IMG/VR virus record: IMGVR_UViG_3300035137_000084
Span: 1 to 45,087 of that record
Source: a virus
Reading direction: 5' to 3' (one strand)
Length of the DNA: 45,087 nt
Part shown: positions 43,306 through 45,087 of the stretch, piece after piece
Layout of the letters: the number at the start of each line of letters is the position of its first letter
Position numbering within the stretch: position 1 is the first letter of the stretch
Translations under genes and position numbers: made by a program
The notes under the pieces: generated by a model
Seen by the model: the letters and a program-made list of their open reading frames with translations, nothing else
Database searches by the model: none
Told to the model about the DNA's origin: nothing

Positions 43306-43461
43306 ATGAAAAGGACAGCAACCAAGAAACAACGAGAACACAAACAACAACCTCAATACCTCACACCCAAACAATTTGTGGAACTCCTGGCCGAATACAG
43401 CCATGACCCGGAGTACCAGGAACATTTACTCCGACAAGTAGTGGAGACAAAAGAAGCTTAA
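43306..43461 (+). CDS. Hypothetical small early protein (51 aa)
   Basis: The context is aaaaggagaaaacaaccATG, open to TAA 43459-43461. It falls below the ORF-track cutoff. Confidence 0.6.
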   Translation: MKRTATKKQREHKQQPQYLTPKQFVELLAEYSHDPEYQEHLLRQVVETKEA

Positions 43462-43546
43462 TCTCTGAACATCAAGGAGTAGGTGAAAAGTCTACTCCCT
43501 GTCTTGAGTGATTAAGACCAACCACAACCAAGAGGAGAAAACAACC

Positions 43547-43735
43547 ATGAAAGACCATTACACTATTTGTATAAATCTAGGTGTGGCTAGATTACGGCCT
43601 AAATACTACCCCCGTAGTCTGCACCCACAATGGTCAGTCATTGATAGCAGAACAGGGTGCCGGGTTTGTGGACCTACAACAAGAAACGGCTGTGAACGTC
43701 ATATAGACAAACTACTAAAAGGAGAACCAAAATGA
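43547..43735 (+). CDS. Hypothetical small early protein (62 aa)
   Basis: The ATG at 43547 follows agaggagaaaacaacc. The ORF track starts at 43508. Confidence 0.6.
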   Translation: MKDHYTICINLGVARLRPKYYPRSLHPQWSVIDSRTGCRVCGPTTRNGCERHIDKLLKGEPK

Positions 43736-43968
43736 AAATCAATAACGACTTTATATTATCAATCGACATTGTGTCAGATGAGCCACACTTCAACCCTGCA
43801 GGGTGCGAAAACTGCGCCAATGGTCTTGGAAATAGTGTCTATGAGGTTAAAGCTTTTATTGATAATTTTAAAGATCACTATGAAGTCGAAATATGCCGGG
43901 ATTGTCTGCTGGCTTATCATTACAGTGAACAACTCGACAAAGGCTGTAATAATGTTTTCAGTATTTAA
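43732..43968 (+). CDS. Hypothetical Cys-rich (4-Cys, zinc-ribbon-like) early protein
   Basis: ATGA overlap with the previous gene. Contains CENC ... CRDC. Confidence 0.6.
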   Translation: MKINNDFILSIDIVSDEPHFNPAGCENCANGLGNSVYEVKAFIDNFKDHYEVEICRDCLLAYHYSEQLDKGCNNVFSI

Positions 43969-43988
43969 CCAAGAAGGAGAAAAGGATC

Positions 43989-44279
43989 ATGAACGTTAAA
44001 AACATGCGAAGCCCGAAAGGAAATCATATCCCGAATCAATTTATTATCACTCACAAAACAACCAAAACAACCGTGAAAGTATTCCAGTCCTACCATTCCA
44101 TTATTGTAAAAATAGTGAAGAAAACCGGTAAGCCTTCCACGGCATATCTTGATAAAAATTTCTGGGATTACTCTGTTACTACCGGGAAATATAGAAATAT
44201 GTTTTTGGGAGAAAACAAGGCCGATACTCAAAGAAAAATTGAGAATGGCACATATAAACTGGTTGATTTAAACAAATAA
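43989..44279 (+). CDS. Conserved hypothetical early protein (96 aa)
   Basis: The SD is gaaggagaaaaggatc. The pattern PKGNHIPNQFII...FQSYHS...WDYSVTTGKYRNMFLGE recalls a recurrent phage/ICE family of unknown function. Confidence 0.6.
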   Translation: MNVKNMRSPKGNHIPNQFIITHKTTKTTVKVFQSYHSIIVKIVKKTGKPSTAYLDKNFWDYSVTTGKYRNMFLGENKADTQRKIENGTYKLVDLNK

Positions 44280-44292
44280 GGAAAAATAGATC

Positions 44293-44370
44293 ATGAAAAG
44301 TTTTATCAGCCTGTTCCTGATAGGTTGCATGGTCTATGCGACTCTTTTGACCATAGCAACCTATTATTAA
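44293..44370 (+). CDS. Possible 25-aa hydrophobic peptide (MKSFISLFLIGCMVYATLLTIATYY)
   Basis: The context is aaggaaaaatagatcATG and the peptide is a single hydrophobic helix. Very short, so speculative. Confidence 0.25.
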   Translation: MKSFISLFLIGCMVYATLLTIATYY

Positions 44371-44396
44371 ACCCCGACAAAAAAGGAGAAAAGATC

Positions 44397-44768
44397 ATGA
44401 AAACCAGAAAAAACCACTTGATGAATTACTACGGAATGAACGAGTACCAAGCAGACGAAGCGTTACATCTTTGGGAGCCAGTAAAAAGGGCATTAAAGAA
44501 AAATGAAATATATGCCCGGGTGAATAGAGTATCAAGGTCTGGTATGTATCGGACTATATCTCTTTATATAGTACATAAAGGCCGAATTAAATGTCTTAAC
44601 TACGCCTTCGGCAAAATTTTCGGGGATAGATTTTCCTTTAAAACCTATGAAGTTGGTATATCTGGTTGTGGTATGGATATGCTTTTCGAAGCTAATTATA
44701 GACTTTTCCGGGCTCTTTGCCCTAAATCCCATTACCAAAGTTATTGCAGATACCGAGAATTGTCCTAA
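44397..44768 (+). CDS. Hypothetical early protein (123 aa)
   Basis: The ATG at 44397 follows aaaaggagaaaagatc; the ORF track starts at 44325. Contains the motif VGISGCGMDMLFEANYRLF. Confidence 0.6.
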   Translation: MKTRKNHLMNYYGMNEYQADEALHLWEPVKRALKKNEIYARVNRVSRSGMYRTISLYIVHKGRIKCLNYAFGKIFGDRFSFKTYEVGISGCGMDMLFEANYRLFRALCPKSHYQSYCRYRELS

Positions 44769-44790
44769 AAACAAAAACGGAGAAAGAATC

Positions 44791-45087
44791 ATGAAAAAGG
44801 AAGAATTACAGAAAATCATAGAAGAGCATGAAAGCTGGTTAAAAAATGAAGGGGGACCGAGAGCTAATTTGCGGAGAGCTGATTTGCAGGGAGCAGATTT
44901 GCGGAGAGCTTATTTGCAGGAAGCTGATTTGTGGAGAGCCAGTTTGCAGAAAGCTTATTTGCAGGAAGCTAATTTGCGGAGAGCTGATTTGCAGGGAGCT
45001 AATTTGCGGAGAGCTGATTTGCAGGGAGCAGATTTGCGGAGAGCTTATTTGCAGGAAGCTGATTTGTGGAGAGCCAGTTTGCAGAAA
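44791..45087 (+). CDS. Pentapeptide-repeat protein, N-terminal portion (continues at nt 67 after removal of the 66-nt terminal duplication, or at nt 1 read as overlap)
   Basis: The ATG at 44791 follows ggagaaagaatc. MKKEELQKIIEEHESWLKNEGGPRANLRRADLQGADL... is a typical PRP N-terminal cap. The frame runs off the window end, in phase with nt 1. Confidence 0.85.
   Translation, partial: MKKEELQKIIEEHESWLKNEGGPRANLRRADLQGADLRRAYLQEADLWRASLQKAYLQEANLRRADLQGANLRRADLQGADLRRAYLQEADLWRASLQK

Overview
The window is a complete, circularly closed genome of about 45.0 kb from a tailed phage. The last 66 nt (45022-45087) repeat nt 1-66 in the same reading frame. No integrase, phage RNA polymerase, tRNA or CRISPR array was recognised.

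Genes form two arms that diverge from a roughly 800-bp control region (41.97-42.77 kb). The arms converge, with overlapping stop codons, at 15809-15819.

- **Rightward arm (42769 -> junction -> 15819).** It carries small early genes and a very regular pentapeptide-repeat protein that spans the contig junction. It also carries a replication and recombination module:
  - an AEP primase-polymerase fused to a P-loop helicase
  - an HTH regulator
  - a DUF2800-like PD-(D/E)XK nuclease
  - a DUF2815/Enc34-like SSB
  - a family-A DNA polymerase
  - a radical SAM enzyme
  - an SNF2 helicase
  - a VRR-NUC nuclease
  - a SleB-like cell-wall hydrolase
- **Leftward arm (41934 -> 15809).** It is a podovirus (T7-like order) morphogenesis block: TerS, TerL, GNAT, portal, scaffold, major capsid, adaptor, nozzle and three internal virion proteins. 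The largest of these is 1649 aa and contains an HExxH motif. Tail fibres, a membrane/lipoprotein pair and an alpha/beta hydrolase follow.

**Most unusual observation.** The polymerase gene is interrupted in its motif-B region by a 302-codon intein (9083-9988). The middle of the intein is open but featureless in the polymerase frame. A clear HNH-family homing-endonuclease ORF (9228-9983) occupies a different frame of the same strand.

**Other notable signals.**
- A C-terminal ...D-x-L-I tail is shared by six proteins, five of them replication proteins and the sixth TerS.
- GTGTCA-N2-TGACAC operator-like palindromes form a family of six sites.
- A 245-bp nested inverted repeat is centred on one of those palindromes.
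- Perfect 15-nt coding tandem repeats occur in several genes.
- An orphan radical SAM gene is translationally coupled to the SNF2 helicase.
- Several short ORFs coupled by ATGA overlaps fall below the 60-aa cutoff of the ORF track.
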